64,000 nucleotides of DNA, taken from NCBI RefSeq assembly GCF_006345805.1, contig NC_042997.1, positions 34,596,001 to 34,660,000 on the forward strand, in the 5' to 3' direction. The position numbers and the translations under genes were made by a program. This DNA comes from Octopus sinensis (lineage: Eukaryota). This document shows positions 39,226 through 50,829 of this stretch, in pieces. Position 1 is the stretch's first letter, and every line of letters begins with the position of its first letter. The notes below the pieces were generated by a model that saw only the letters and a list, made by a program, of their open reading frames with translations, was not told where the DNA came from and searched no databases.

Positions 39226-39596
39226 TTATTGGGGATTGTGTTCTATGCCTTGAACCGAGCATCGAACGGAGCTCGCCTCTTTGAGCTGGGGAATGAATGG
39301 AATGCTTGTGGGTATGTCTTATTTGACTACCCCCTCCTACAGAATGGAAAATAGTCCAGGGTATATTATTTATGTAGTATTAAGACAGTTTAAGTTTGTA
39401 TTAAATTAATTTGACTGAAGTTGATGGGTGAGAATTTAGTCAACCAGATTCGCAAGGAGCCATCTAAGCGTTGATTTGTGAGTTCAATTCAGCGTGAGGA
39501 GGTTAGCTCATCCTTTTTGAGTCATCTGTTTATATAAAAAAAAAATTGTCGCTTCAAATCGGAGAATAAATATATATATATATATATATGTATATT

Positions 39597-39942
39597 CATG
39601 TGTATATTTAAAGTGCTAAAAACCACTATGTGGTCAGCCATATGCTAGAAGTAGATCACCTACGATCAAACTACAAAGAAAAGAATGATCTCTAGAGAAA
39701 AATTCAGCGTACACCAGAACAATATGCGGGCAAGACCGATGAAAATTATATATACAAAAAAGACCGGTCTGCGATTAATTCTTGTTTTTTATATAATTTT
39801 CATCTGTCTTGCCCGTATATTGTTCTGGTGTCCGCTGAACTTTTCTCTAGAGAACATTCTTTTCTCTGTAGTTTGATCGTAGATCTACTTCTAGCATATG
39901 GCTGACCACATAGTGGTTTTTAGCCCTTTAAATATACACATG
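39597..39942. repeat. Large fold-back element next to (TA)n
   Basis: Arms of about 165 bp at 39597-39763 and 39780-39942. Confidence 0.9.
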
Positions 39943-40072
39943 TATTAGAATTTTCTCTGATTTTTCAGAATTTTGTATGCTAGGCTACTGGTTTTAAATT
40001 GATATTAATTAAATTAATATTCAATTTATCTCCCTCATTATTTAAATATATATATATATATATTCACATATA

Positions 40073-40770
40073 CATGAGGTCATTAAGAATGAAATGTCCG
40101 ATTTTGAATATCGCAGCAGAAAGCAATGCAATTAATCAAAGTATGCACCTAATTTATCAACATAATTTAGCCATTTTATCAGCTTATTTATGCCGCCAGC
40201 GAAGAATTGTGGAGAGCAAGAGATGAAATCACGGAAGGCTGTTTTTGCATCTTGTTCAGATTTGAAGATTTTTCCTTGCAAAAGTTGTTTAATGCATGGA
40301 AAAAGTGATAGTCATTTGGTGCAAGGTCTGGTGAATAAAGTGGATGACAGAGTACTTCCAAGTTCAGTTCCTGTAACTTGAGTAACGTTCTTTATGCAAC
40401 ATGTGGTCGGACATTGTCTTGCACTAGAATTGGCCTGTCTCGCTCAATCTCGGTTGTTTAATTGCAAGCTCACTCATCATTTCATCTAACTGGTTGATGT
40501 ATACAAACACTGTAATTGAATTACAAGGTCTCATGAAGCTGTAGTGGATGACACCAGCGCTAAACCACCAAACAGACACCATTAACATTTTTTGGTGAAT
40601 ATTCTTTTTTGGATTATGTTCTCGTACTTCGTCTGTATACAACCACTGTGCAGAACGCTTGCTATTGTTGAAAAGAATCCATTTTTCACCACACGTAACA
40701 GTACGATGCAAAACTGTTTCGCTTTTATACCGTGATAGCAAAGAACAGCAAGTGCAGGTTTGTGACTAGA
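40073..40770 (-). mobile_element. Mariner transposase relic (catalytic domain to 3' TIR)
   Basis: HRTVTCGEKWILF...MVSVWW.SAGVIHY...DN.RPHVA...HPLYSPDLAPNDYHFF; TIR ATGAGGTCATTAAGAATGAAATGTCCGATTT at 40074-40104. Confidence 0.88.
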
Positions 40771-40799
40771 AATTTTAGTGGCTACCTCTACATGTCCTT

Positions 40800-41306
40800 T
40801 TCACCACTTCCCTATTGCCAGAGGATTTGAGGTTGACAGTTGGTAGGCCGAGACGCACAGATACATGTGAGTGAAGTTATTGTAAGTGGAGGAATCGTTG
40901 CACAGAGACAATCCCACTCTCTCGGCAGAATGAACCTCGACCTAGTGGCACGGAAAACTGTTATGGCTGGAGAACCTTCATGTTGCAGTGGATTATCAGG
41001 ACTCCATTGTATGTCGTCGTGATTTAGGTGCCTGCTGTAAGTGCCTTCTTGAGCGTTGGGCCTCACTAGTGGCCTCGTCCGCCCAGTACGCCGACACCAG
41101 GTTTTGTATGCATGAGTAAACAAGCCCTTATCTCACTGAGGCCCATCGGCAACTCTCACCTGGTTTGGCCTGCTAGTCGAAGCGGTTTACCAGGTGTGGC
41201 CCCTGTGTATGCTACGTTACATGGAACCGCGAGTAAGAGCTGAACGCCAGATGGCGAAAAAGGTGACGAGCCACTCTTAGGGAGTGCGACTAGCTCCACC
41301 CACCAG
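40800..41306 (-). mobile_element. GC-rich segment resembling an RTE-clade LINE 5' UTR, isolated
   Basis: Reverse-complement motifs (AAACCGCTTCGACT.GCAGGCCAAACC.GGTGAG, TCAAGAAGGC, ATCCACTGCAAC, CGAGAGAGTGGGA) recall RTE 5' UTRs; recognised from memory, not by search. Confidence 0.45.
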
Positions 41307-41663
41307 TATAAAAATGTAACAACAAAAATATAAATATAAAAGTATAAATCTGAAATATAAAAAGAAGTTTAAAATATACAATATACATACTTACACACAC
41401 ACACAAAAGGAAACAAACAAACGGACACACACATGTCCACATTGTTGAATGATCGTTGACTGTTTATGAGTTCCTCTGCCCCTTGACTAGTCTTACTTTT
41501 CATCTAGCAGGGTATTCAACAATAGCCCTCCTCGCCAAGCAAGCTTGGTGGGGTTCCCAGCTCAGTCGCCGACGACCGGCCATGAGATATGTTGAACTGA
41601 GTTACATGTTACATGTAGCGCTCAAAACCGACCAGAGGCACTCAAGTGCAAAAGTTACACGTT

Positions 41664-42065
41664 ACTCTCTCTTTTACTCTTTTACTTGTTTCAGTCATTT
41701 GACTGCGACCATGCTGGAGCACCGCCTTTAGTCGAGCAAATCGATCCCGGGACTTATTCTTTGTAAGCCCAGTACTTATTCTATCGGTCTCTTTTGCCGA
41801 ACCGCTAAGTGACGGGGACGTAAACACACCAGAATCGGTTGTCAAGCAATGCTAGGGGGACAAGCACACACACATACACATACACACACATATATACATA
41901 TATACGACAGGCTTCTTTCAGTTTCCGTCTACCAAATCAACTCACAAGGTATTGGTCGGCCCGGGGCTATAGCAGAAGACACTTGCCCAAGATGCCGCGC
42001 AGTGGGACTGAACCCGGAACCATGTGGTTAGTAAGCAAGCTACTTACCACACAGCCACTCCTGCA
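41664..42065 (-). mobile_element. tRNA-derived SINE, family B (young)
   Basis: Near-identical reverse complement of 14158-14580. Confidence 0.92.
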
Positions 42066-42618
42066 TTGTGTTAGTTATTATACAAAAAGTGTCTTATAGC
42101 TTTGATTGTGTTTCAATATGGTTGAATTTTCTTTTCTTTATATGCCTTATGTCTTCTTAATGTTTTTACAAATGCACAATATTACTTCTTCTTGTAAGAA
42201 CTGCTACAAGTTACAATCGCACATACTGGGAAAGCTGAATACAATCTTACCTTAATTAGTTTATCACTTTTGCTCTGGGATTCGGTGACATTATCTTTTT
42301 CATACATGTGCTATATTATATCAGCTCTATCGTTTCGATATTTATGTGAGGTCAGCTTTTCCCTTTACTACTTCGGGCTAATAAAATAAAGAACCCGACA
42401 AGTATAGCGAGTTGACATAATTGGCTGTACTCCTAAGGAAATTTGAAGCGTGTCTGGGAAAAATCCGTTATTAATCATTTATAAGTATGACATGAATGAT
42501 GACTTATTATATGAGTATAGAAAGTTTATGACTATTAGATAAAATAAATAATAACTTCGATTGTGATGCAAGTATTATCGTGGCTGTGATGATGACTACA
42601 AGATCAGCAGCAAGAAGT

Positions 42619-43020
42619 GGAGGCGCAATGACCCAGTGGTTAGGGCAGCGGACTCGCGGTCGGAGGCTCGCGGTTTCGATTCCCAGACCGGACGTTGTGT
42701 GTTTATTGAGCGAAAACACCTAAAGCTCCACATGGCTCCAGCACGGGGTGGTGGCGACCCTTGTTATACTCTTTCGCCCCAACTTTCTCTCACTCTTTCT
42801 TCCTGTTTCTTGTCCCCGACTTCCTACGCAGCCGCTCATCCTGGATGCGCATTCATCCATCCGTCGATGTTCTCGGTGTCGGGGGTTGACCTGCTTTCTC
42901 TTCTGCGAGTCTTACGAATAGCCAAAGGACCACGTTTCGGGATTCTCCCACTACAGAGGCGCGATTTTGTGAGCTCTGGGACGAAGACCGCTTCGCTCAA
43001 CAAACAAACAAACAAATAAA
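42619..43020 (+). mobile_element. SINE with family C head and a different 3' half ending in (CAAA)n
   Basis: Matches family C to about 42810, then unrelated sequence and a (CAAA)n tail; ATCAGCAG occurs near both ends. Confidence 0.8.
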
Positions 43021-43417
43021 CAATCAGCAGAAACAATAGTTCAGATAAGTATAAGCGCATGCAGTTTTGGAATGGAAATAATCAATTATTACAATCAGAG
43101 TCCTTTTCGGGCACTTATTCTACATACTATTAAAGGCGAAAACCAAATTCAATACATTCAATGCTTGAGCACAGAACCTAGAGGTGTATAACTAAACACA
43201 ACAGCATTTTACATTAATTCTCGAAAATCTTAATCTATGTCTCTCTCCCACGTCTGTCTAAGAACTTGCAAGCATGCTTAGACTTCAAATTCGCCGACGA
43301 GGTTTTATAATAACAAGGTATGTGTGCATGTATTAACGAATAGCAAAATATAAGAGTCTCTCTTTACTGCATTCCATATTTAATTAAGTTTAATTTACTA
43401 AATTACGAATAGCAAAA

Positions 43418-43878
43418 GAGTCCAGAAGCTGGCTACCCGTATGGTTCTTGGTCTCAAGAATTTGTCTTATGAAGAAAGGCTGAAGACTCTCGATCTTTAT
43501 TCTCTAGAAAAATGACGACGCCATGGTGATCTCATTCTTGCTCACAACATCATAAGCGGAAAGTGTAACCTCTCGAAAGAGCTGTTCTTCACTCCTGCTC
43601 CAGAGCGTCGGCTGCGGGGTCATTCCGAAAAGCTCTATCTGCGACGATTTCATCTCAATCGAAGGAGAGGGGCTTTCTCCGTCCGGGTTGCGGATCCATG
43701 GAATAAGCTGCCAGACGAGATGGTGAAGATGCCGACGACCGCTCGGTTCAAAGTCTCCCTTGACCTCAAGCGGCCTGAACTCTTTACATGAACACCACCC
43801 TGTACATAACTCCATGTCCCCCTACATGGCCTAGCTTTTTGCTTTTTCAGCCAAAAAATTAACTAACTAACTAACTAA
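43418..43878 (+). mobile_element. CR1 LINE 3' end with (TAAC)n tail
   Basis: RVQKLATRMV.GLKNLSYEERLKTLDLYSLEK*RRHGDLI...LRGHSEKL...FSVRVADPWNKLP...FK.SLD. Confidence 0.9.
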
Positions 43879-44609
43879 ATGTTCAGGGTTGCTACTCCTG
43901 ATTTATTGTAAAGAATATGCTTACTTTAACGATCCAGCAATGGTAAAAGACAAATTGGACTTTCACGGAATTTGAACTCAGAATATAAATGAATATTTTA
44001 TTGGCGCTCTGCGGTCGTGTCATATACAAGCAATACCTAAATGTATGGCTTAAATAACTTTGATATCGGTAGAAACAACCTACAAGACTAATAAATTTGT
44101 TTCTTCTATTTACTTTACATTCATTTAAAATAAATCTGAACTTATGAACTTTTGCGACGTATTGGCTATGTAACTAAACACGTATTGCAAGATTTAAGTA
44201 TCAGTTTTCTTGAAAAACACTATTATATCAACTTAGAAGTCATCGAAACTTTATGCTGTCAAACCGTTTTTAGTATACTCTAGTTTCTTGTAAGCATAAA
44301 TGTACACATTTACAGAGAGCTGGTGAATGTTCATGAATATTAGTATCGCAATGGAAGGGAAATATTTATAAAGAACATTGGTTTATAATTCAGAAACAAA
44401 AGGCCAACATTAAATACTGCATGATATCTAACCCGCACTTCATATTTTATATTAATACAGCAATCCCCCGAAGATGATATTTCATTATGTTGGCATTTAG
44501 TTATATAATCTTGGTCGTGGTCCTGATGTTAACAAAGCCGATAAGACGTTCGTGTTTTGTCAACAAACAACGCATATTGATAATAATTATGATAATAATT
44601 TGATCAATT

Positions 44610-44855
44610 CTTGGGGTCGAACTGGAGATTCAGCCGGTCTTCTCCTCTAACTCCAGTCTCCCTGAACTACAAAAGATGATCTTGATGGTTACAGCCCATA
44701 TGCTACAGAAAGCACTCTCTATCTAAAATGGAATAAATGGGGGTGATAGTTTTCGCATGCATAGCGAAACAAAAGTGCCCTTGCTACTCTTGGCCTCCGG
44801 AGGGTGCCCGGTACTAAGGCAGCTGAAATAAAGTTATGATGAAAGGAAACCATAA

Positions 44856-44856
<1 letters not shown>
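44610..44856 (+). mobile_element. R4/Dong-like extreme 3' end and UTR
   Basis: ELQKMILMVTAHMLQKALSI* parallels the C-termini at 29154 and 52334; ends in (AAT)n. Confidence 0.6.
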
Positions 44857-45052
<196 letters not shown>

Positions 45053-45649
45053 GTAGTAATCTCCGCGCTGAATAACAACATGGATGTATTACACTGGGCT
45101 CCCCATTAAAAAACAAATCTAATCCAATAACATCGATGGACTTAGATAAAGGAACCTGTGGAAGACTTGAAAGAAGCGGTCTTTTAACGAAAATAATGAA
45201 AAAAAAAAATGCAGATTTTTTCCGCCATACAAAGCACAGTTTCTCCTATGCACGATGTCTCAGTGAAACATGTGCGAAACACACGCGATGTCAACACCGG
45301 AAAGTTACAAATTATAAAATAGAAATGGAAGAAAACAATAAGTACATAAATTGAGTAATTACGCATACACTCGAATGTCTATACAATTATATATATATAC
45401 ATTTTAATACCCATAGGACTTTACATACATCTCAATGTTTACACAATTACGTGAAATTTACAGGGCACACATTTACGCATATGAAAACAAGTGTCACAAT
45501 CGAAGCAAAAACAAAAACAAAATTTTATTCTTTTTTTCTCTTTATTTTTTGAACCAACACAGACAGAGTGAACCATTCATAAGTTTAAAAACATCACAAA
45601 AACCTATGCTTGGAGATAAATCTTTCAATACAAAAAACTACAAACGAAT

Positions 45650-48600
45650 ATAGATCTGTTAGCCTTAAGAAGTTACGTTACGAGCCATGTTTACATGCAG
45701 AGAACTCGGTGACGGTGTTGCCTCAAAAAATTGACCCTAAACAGACAAATCCGTCCCCTAATGTCAACGTCGAAGCTTGTCATGCCTCAGTGATAATAAA
45801 GCAAAGTACAAACCAGATTGGTCGTCGACCAGGTCACAAAGCGCTACGTACTCGATATAGATCTGTTAGCCTTAAGAAGTTACGTTACGAGCCATGTTTA
45901 CATGCAGAGAACTCGGTGACGGTGTTGCCTCAAAAAATTGACCCTAAACAGACAAATCCGTCCCCTAATGTCAACGTCGAAGCTTGTCATGCCTCAGTGA
46001 TAATAAAGCAAAGTACAAACCAGATTGGTCGTCGACCAGGTCACAAAGCGCTACGTACTCGATATAGATCTGTTAGCCTTAAGAAGTTACGTTACGAGCC
46101 ATGTTTACATGCAGAGAACTCGGTGACGGTGTTGCCTCAAAAAATTGACCCTAAACAGACAAATCCGTCCCCTAATGTCAACGTCGAAGCTTGTCATGCC
46201 TCAGTGATAATAAAGCAAAGTACAAACCAGATTGGTCGTCGACCAGGTCACAAAGCGCTACGTACTCGATATAGATCTGTTAGCCTTAAGAAGTTACGTT
46301 ACGAGCCATGTTTACATGCAGAGAACTCGGTGACGGTGTTGCCTCAAAAAATTGACCCTAAACAGACAAATCCGTCCCCTAATGTCAACGTCGAAGCTTG
46401 TCATGCCTCAGTGATAATAAAGCAAAGTACAACCAGATTGGTCGTCGACCAGGTCACAAAGCGCTACGTACTCGATATAGATCTGTTAGCCTTAAGAAGT
46501 TACGTTACGAGCCATGTTTACATGCAGAGAACTCGGTGACGGTGTTGCCTCAAAAAATTGACCCTAAACAGACAAATCCGTCCCCTAATGTCAACGTCGA
46601 AGCTTGTCATGCCTCAGTGATAATAAAGCAAAGTACAAACCAGATTGGTCGTCGACCAGGTCACAAAGCGCTACGTACTCGATATAGATCTGTTAGCCTT
46701 AAGAAGTTACGTTACGAGCCATGTTTACATGCAGAGAACTCGGTGACGGTGTTGCCTCAAAAAATTGACCCTAAACAGACAAATCCGTCCCCTAATGTCA
46801 ACGTCGAAGCTTGTCATGCCTCAGTGATAATAAAGCAAAGTACAAACCAGATTGGTCGTCGACCAGGTCACAAAGCGCTACGTACTCGATATAGATCTGT
46901 TAGCCTTAAGAAGTTACGTTACGAGCCATGTTTACATGCAGAGAACTCGGTGACGGTGTTGCCTCAAAAAATTGACCCTAAACAGACAAATCCGTCCCCT
47001 AATGTCAACGTCGAAGCTTGTCATGCCTCAGTGATGATAAAGCAAAGTACAAACCAGATTGGTCGTCGACCAGGTCACAAAGCGCTACGTACTCGATATA
47101 GATCTGTTAGCCTTAAGAAGTTACGTTACGAGCCATGTTTACATGCAGAGAACTCGGTGACGGTGTTGCCTCAAAAAATTGACCCTAAACAGACAAATCC
47201 GTCCCCTAATGTCAACGTCGAAGCTTGTCATGCCTCAGTGATAATAAAGCAAAGTACAAACCAGATTGGTCGTCGACCAGGTCACAAAGCGCTACGTACT
47301 CGATATAGATCTGTTAGCCTTAAGAAGCTACATTGCGAGCCATGTTTACATGCAGAGAACTCGGTGACGGTGTTGCCTCAAAAAATTGACCCTAAACAGA
47401 CAAATCCGTCCCCTAATGTCAACGTCGAAGCTTGTCATGCCTCAGTGATAATAAAGCAAAGTACAAACCAGATTGGTCGTCGACCAGGTCACAAAGCGCT
47501 ACGTACTCGATATAGATCTGTTAGCCTTAAGAAGTTACGTTACGAGCAATGTTTACATGCAGAGAACTCGGTGACGGTTGTTGCCTCAAAAAATTGACCC
47601 TAAACAGACAAATCCGTCCCCTAATGTCAACGTCGAAGCTTTTCATGCCTCAGTGATAATAAAGCAAAGTACAAACCAGATTGGTCGTCGACCAGGTCAC
47701 AAAGCGCTACGTACTCGATATAGATCTGTTAGCCTTAAGAAGTTACGTTACGAGCCATGTTTACATGCAGAGAACTCGGTGACGGTGTTGCCTCAAAAAA
47801 TTGACCCTAAACAGACAAATCCGTCCCCTAATGTCAACGTCGAAGCTTGTCATGCCTCAGTGATAATAAAGCAAAGTACAAACCAGATTGGTCGTCGACC
47901 AGGTCACAAAGCGCTACGTACTCGATATAGATCTGTTAGCCATAAGAAGTTACGTTACGAGCCATGTTTACATGCAGAGAACTCGGTGACGGTGTTGCCT
48001 CAAAAAATTGACCCTAAACAGACAAATCCGTCCCCTAATGTCAACGTCGAAGCTTGTCATGCCTCAGTGATAATAAAGCAAAGTACAAACCAGATTGGTC
48101 GTCGACCAGGTCACAAAGCGCTACGTACTCGATATAGATCTGTTAGCCTTAAGAAGCTACATTGCGAGCCATGTTTACATGCAGAGAACTCGGTGACGGT
48201 GTGTTGCCTCAAAAAATTGACCCTAAACAGACAAATCCGTCCCCTAATGTCAACGTCGAAGCTTGTCATGCCTCAGTGATAATAAAGCAAAGTACAAACC
48301 AGATTGGTCGTCGACCAGGTCACAAAGCGCTACGTACTCGATATAGATCTGTTAGCCTTAAGAAGTTACGTTACGAGCCATGTTTACATGCAGAGAACTC
48401 GGTGACGGTGTTGCCTCAAAAAATTGACCCTAAACAGACAAATCCGTCCCCTAATGTCAACGTCGAAGCTTGTCATGCCTCAGTGATAATAAAGCAAAGT
48501 ACAAACCAGATTGGTCGTCGACCAGGTCACAAAGCGCTACGTACTCGATATAGATCTGTTAGCCTTAAGAAGTTACGTTACGAGCCATGTTTACATGCAG

Positions 48601-50826
48601 AGAACTCGGTGACGGTGTTGCCTCAAAAAATTGACCCTAAACAGACAAATCCGTCCCCTAATGTCAACGTCGAAGCTTGTCATGCCTCAGTGATAATAAA
48701 GCAAAGTACAAACCAGATTGGTCGTCGACCAGGTCACAAAGCGCTACGTACTCGATATAGATCTGTTAGCCTTAAGAAGTTACGTTACGAGCCATGTTTA
48801 CATGCAGAGAACTCGGTGACGGTGTTGCCTCAAAAAATTGACCCTAAACAGACAAATCCGTCCCCTAATGTCAACGTCGAAGCTTGTCATGCCTCAGTGA
48901 TAATAAAGCAAAGTACAAACCAGATTGGTCGTCGACCAGGTCACAAAGCGCTACGTACTCGATATAGATCTGTTAGCCTTAAGAAGTTACGTTACGAGCC
49001 ATGTTTACATGCAGAGAACTCGGTGACGGTGTTGCCTCAAAAAATTGACCCTAAACAGACAAATCCGTCCCCTAATGTCAACGTCGAAGCTTGTCATGCC
49101 TCAGTGATAATAAAGCAAAGTACAAACCAGATTGGTCGTCGACCAGGTCACAAAGCGCTACGTACTCGATATAGATCTGTTAGCCTTAAGAAGTTACGTT
49201 ACGAGCCATGTTTACATGCAGAGAACTCGGTGACGGTGTTGCCTCAAAAAATTGACCCTAAACAGACAAATCCGTCCCCTAATGTCAACGTCGAAGCTTG
49301 TCATGCCTCAGTGATAATAAAGCAAAGTACAAACCAGATTGGTCGTCGACCAGGTCACAAAGCGCTACGTACTCGATATAGATCTGTTAGCCTTAAGAAG
49401 TTACGTTACGAGCCATGTTTACATGCAGAGAACTCGGTGACGGTGTTGCCTCAAAAAATTGACCCTAAACAGACAAATCCGTCCCCTAATGTCAACGTCG
49501 AAGCTTGTCATGCCTCAGTGATGATAAAGCAAAGTACAAACCAGATTGGTCGTCGACCAGGTCACAAAGCGCTACGTACTCGATATAGATCTGTTAGCCT
49601 TAAGAAGCTACATTGCGAGCCATGTTTACATGCAGAGAACTCGGTGACGGTGTTGCCTCAAAAAATTGACCCTAAACAGACAAATCCGTCCCCTAATGTC
49701 AACGTCGAAGCTTGTCATGCCTCAGTGATAATAAAGCAAAGTACAAACCAGATTGGTCGTCGACCAGGTCACAAAGCGCTACGTACTCGATATAGATCTG
49801 TTAGCCTTAAGAAGTTACGTTACGAGCCATGTTTACATGCAGAGAACTCGGTGACGGTGTTGCCTCAAAAAATTGACCCTAAACAGACAAATCCGTCCCC
49901 TAATGTCAACGTCGAAGCTTGTCATGCCTCAGTGATAATAAAGCAAAGTACAAACCAGATTGGTCGTCGACCAGGTCACAAAGCGCTACGTACTCGATAT
50001 AGATCTGTTAGCCTTAAGAAGTTACGTTACGAGCCATGTTTACATGCAGAGAACTCGGTGACGGTGTTGCCTCAAAAAATTGACCCTAAACAGACAAATC
50101 CGTCCCCTAATGTCAACGTCGAGCTTGTCATGCCTCAGTGATAATAAAGCAAAGTACAAACCAGATTGGTCGTCGACCAGGTCACAAAGCGCTACGTACT
50201 CGATATAGATCTGTTAGCCTTAAGAAGTTACGTTACGAGCCATGTTTACATGCAGAGAACTCGGTGACGGTGTGTTGCCTCAAAAAATTGACCCTAAACA
50301 GACAAATCCGTCCCCTAATGTCAACGTCGAAGCTTGTCATGCCTCAGTGATAATAAAGCAAAGTACAAACCAGATTGGTCGTCGACCAGGTCACAAAGCG
50401 CTACGTACTCGATATAGATCTGTTAGCCTTAAGAAGCTACATTGCGAGCCATGTTACATGCAGAGAACTCGGTGACGGTGTTGCCTCAAAAAATTGACCC
50501 TAAACAGACAAATCCGTCCCCTAATGTCAACGTCGAAGCTTGTCATGCCTCAGTGATAATAAAGCAAAGTACAAACCAGATTGGTCGTCGACCAGGTCAC
50601 AAAGCGCTACGTACTCGATATAGATCTGTTAGCCTTAAGAAGCTACATTGCGAGCAATGTTTACATGCAGAGAACTCGGAGACGATTTTCTCTCTAAAAA
50701 TTAACCCTAAACAGACACATACGTTTCCTAATGCCAACGTCGCTGCTCGCCATACCTCACTGTTAACAAAGCAAACTACAAACCGGAATGGTCATCGACC
50801 GGATCACAAAGGGCCACGTACTCGAA
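45650..50826 (+). repeat. Tandem array of 25 x 207-bp units with a stop-free 69-codon frame
   Basis: TAGATCTG recurs every 207 nt from 45651 to 50621 (24 x 207 plus net 2 nt from six indels). Unit reads RYRSVSLKKLRYEPCLHAENSVTVLPQKIDPKQTNPSPNVNVEACHASVIIKQSTNQIGRRPGHKALRT. The last unit diverges after about 50680. Confidence 0.98.
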
Positions 50827-50829
50827 TGA

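Noticed and set aside
39728-39775. Hammerhead in the 39597-39942 fold-back (CCGATGA...GACCGGTC)
   Set aside because: GAAA and stem II are missing and stem I does not pair.
8801-42700. SINE heads as functional tRNA genes
   Set aside because: They have A/B boxes but no complete cloverleaf, and they continue into repeated SINE bodies.
45650-50826. CRISPR-like array
   Set aside because: The units are contiguous 207-bp repeats with no unique spacers and no cas genes, in a eukaryotic context.
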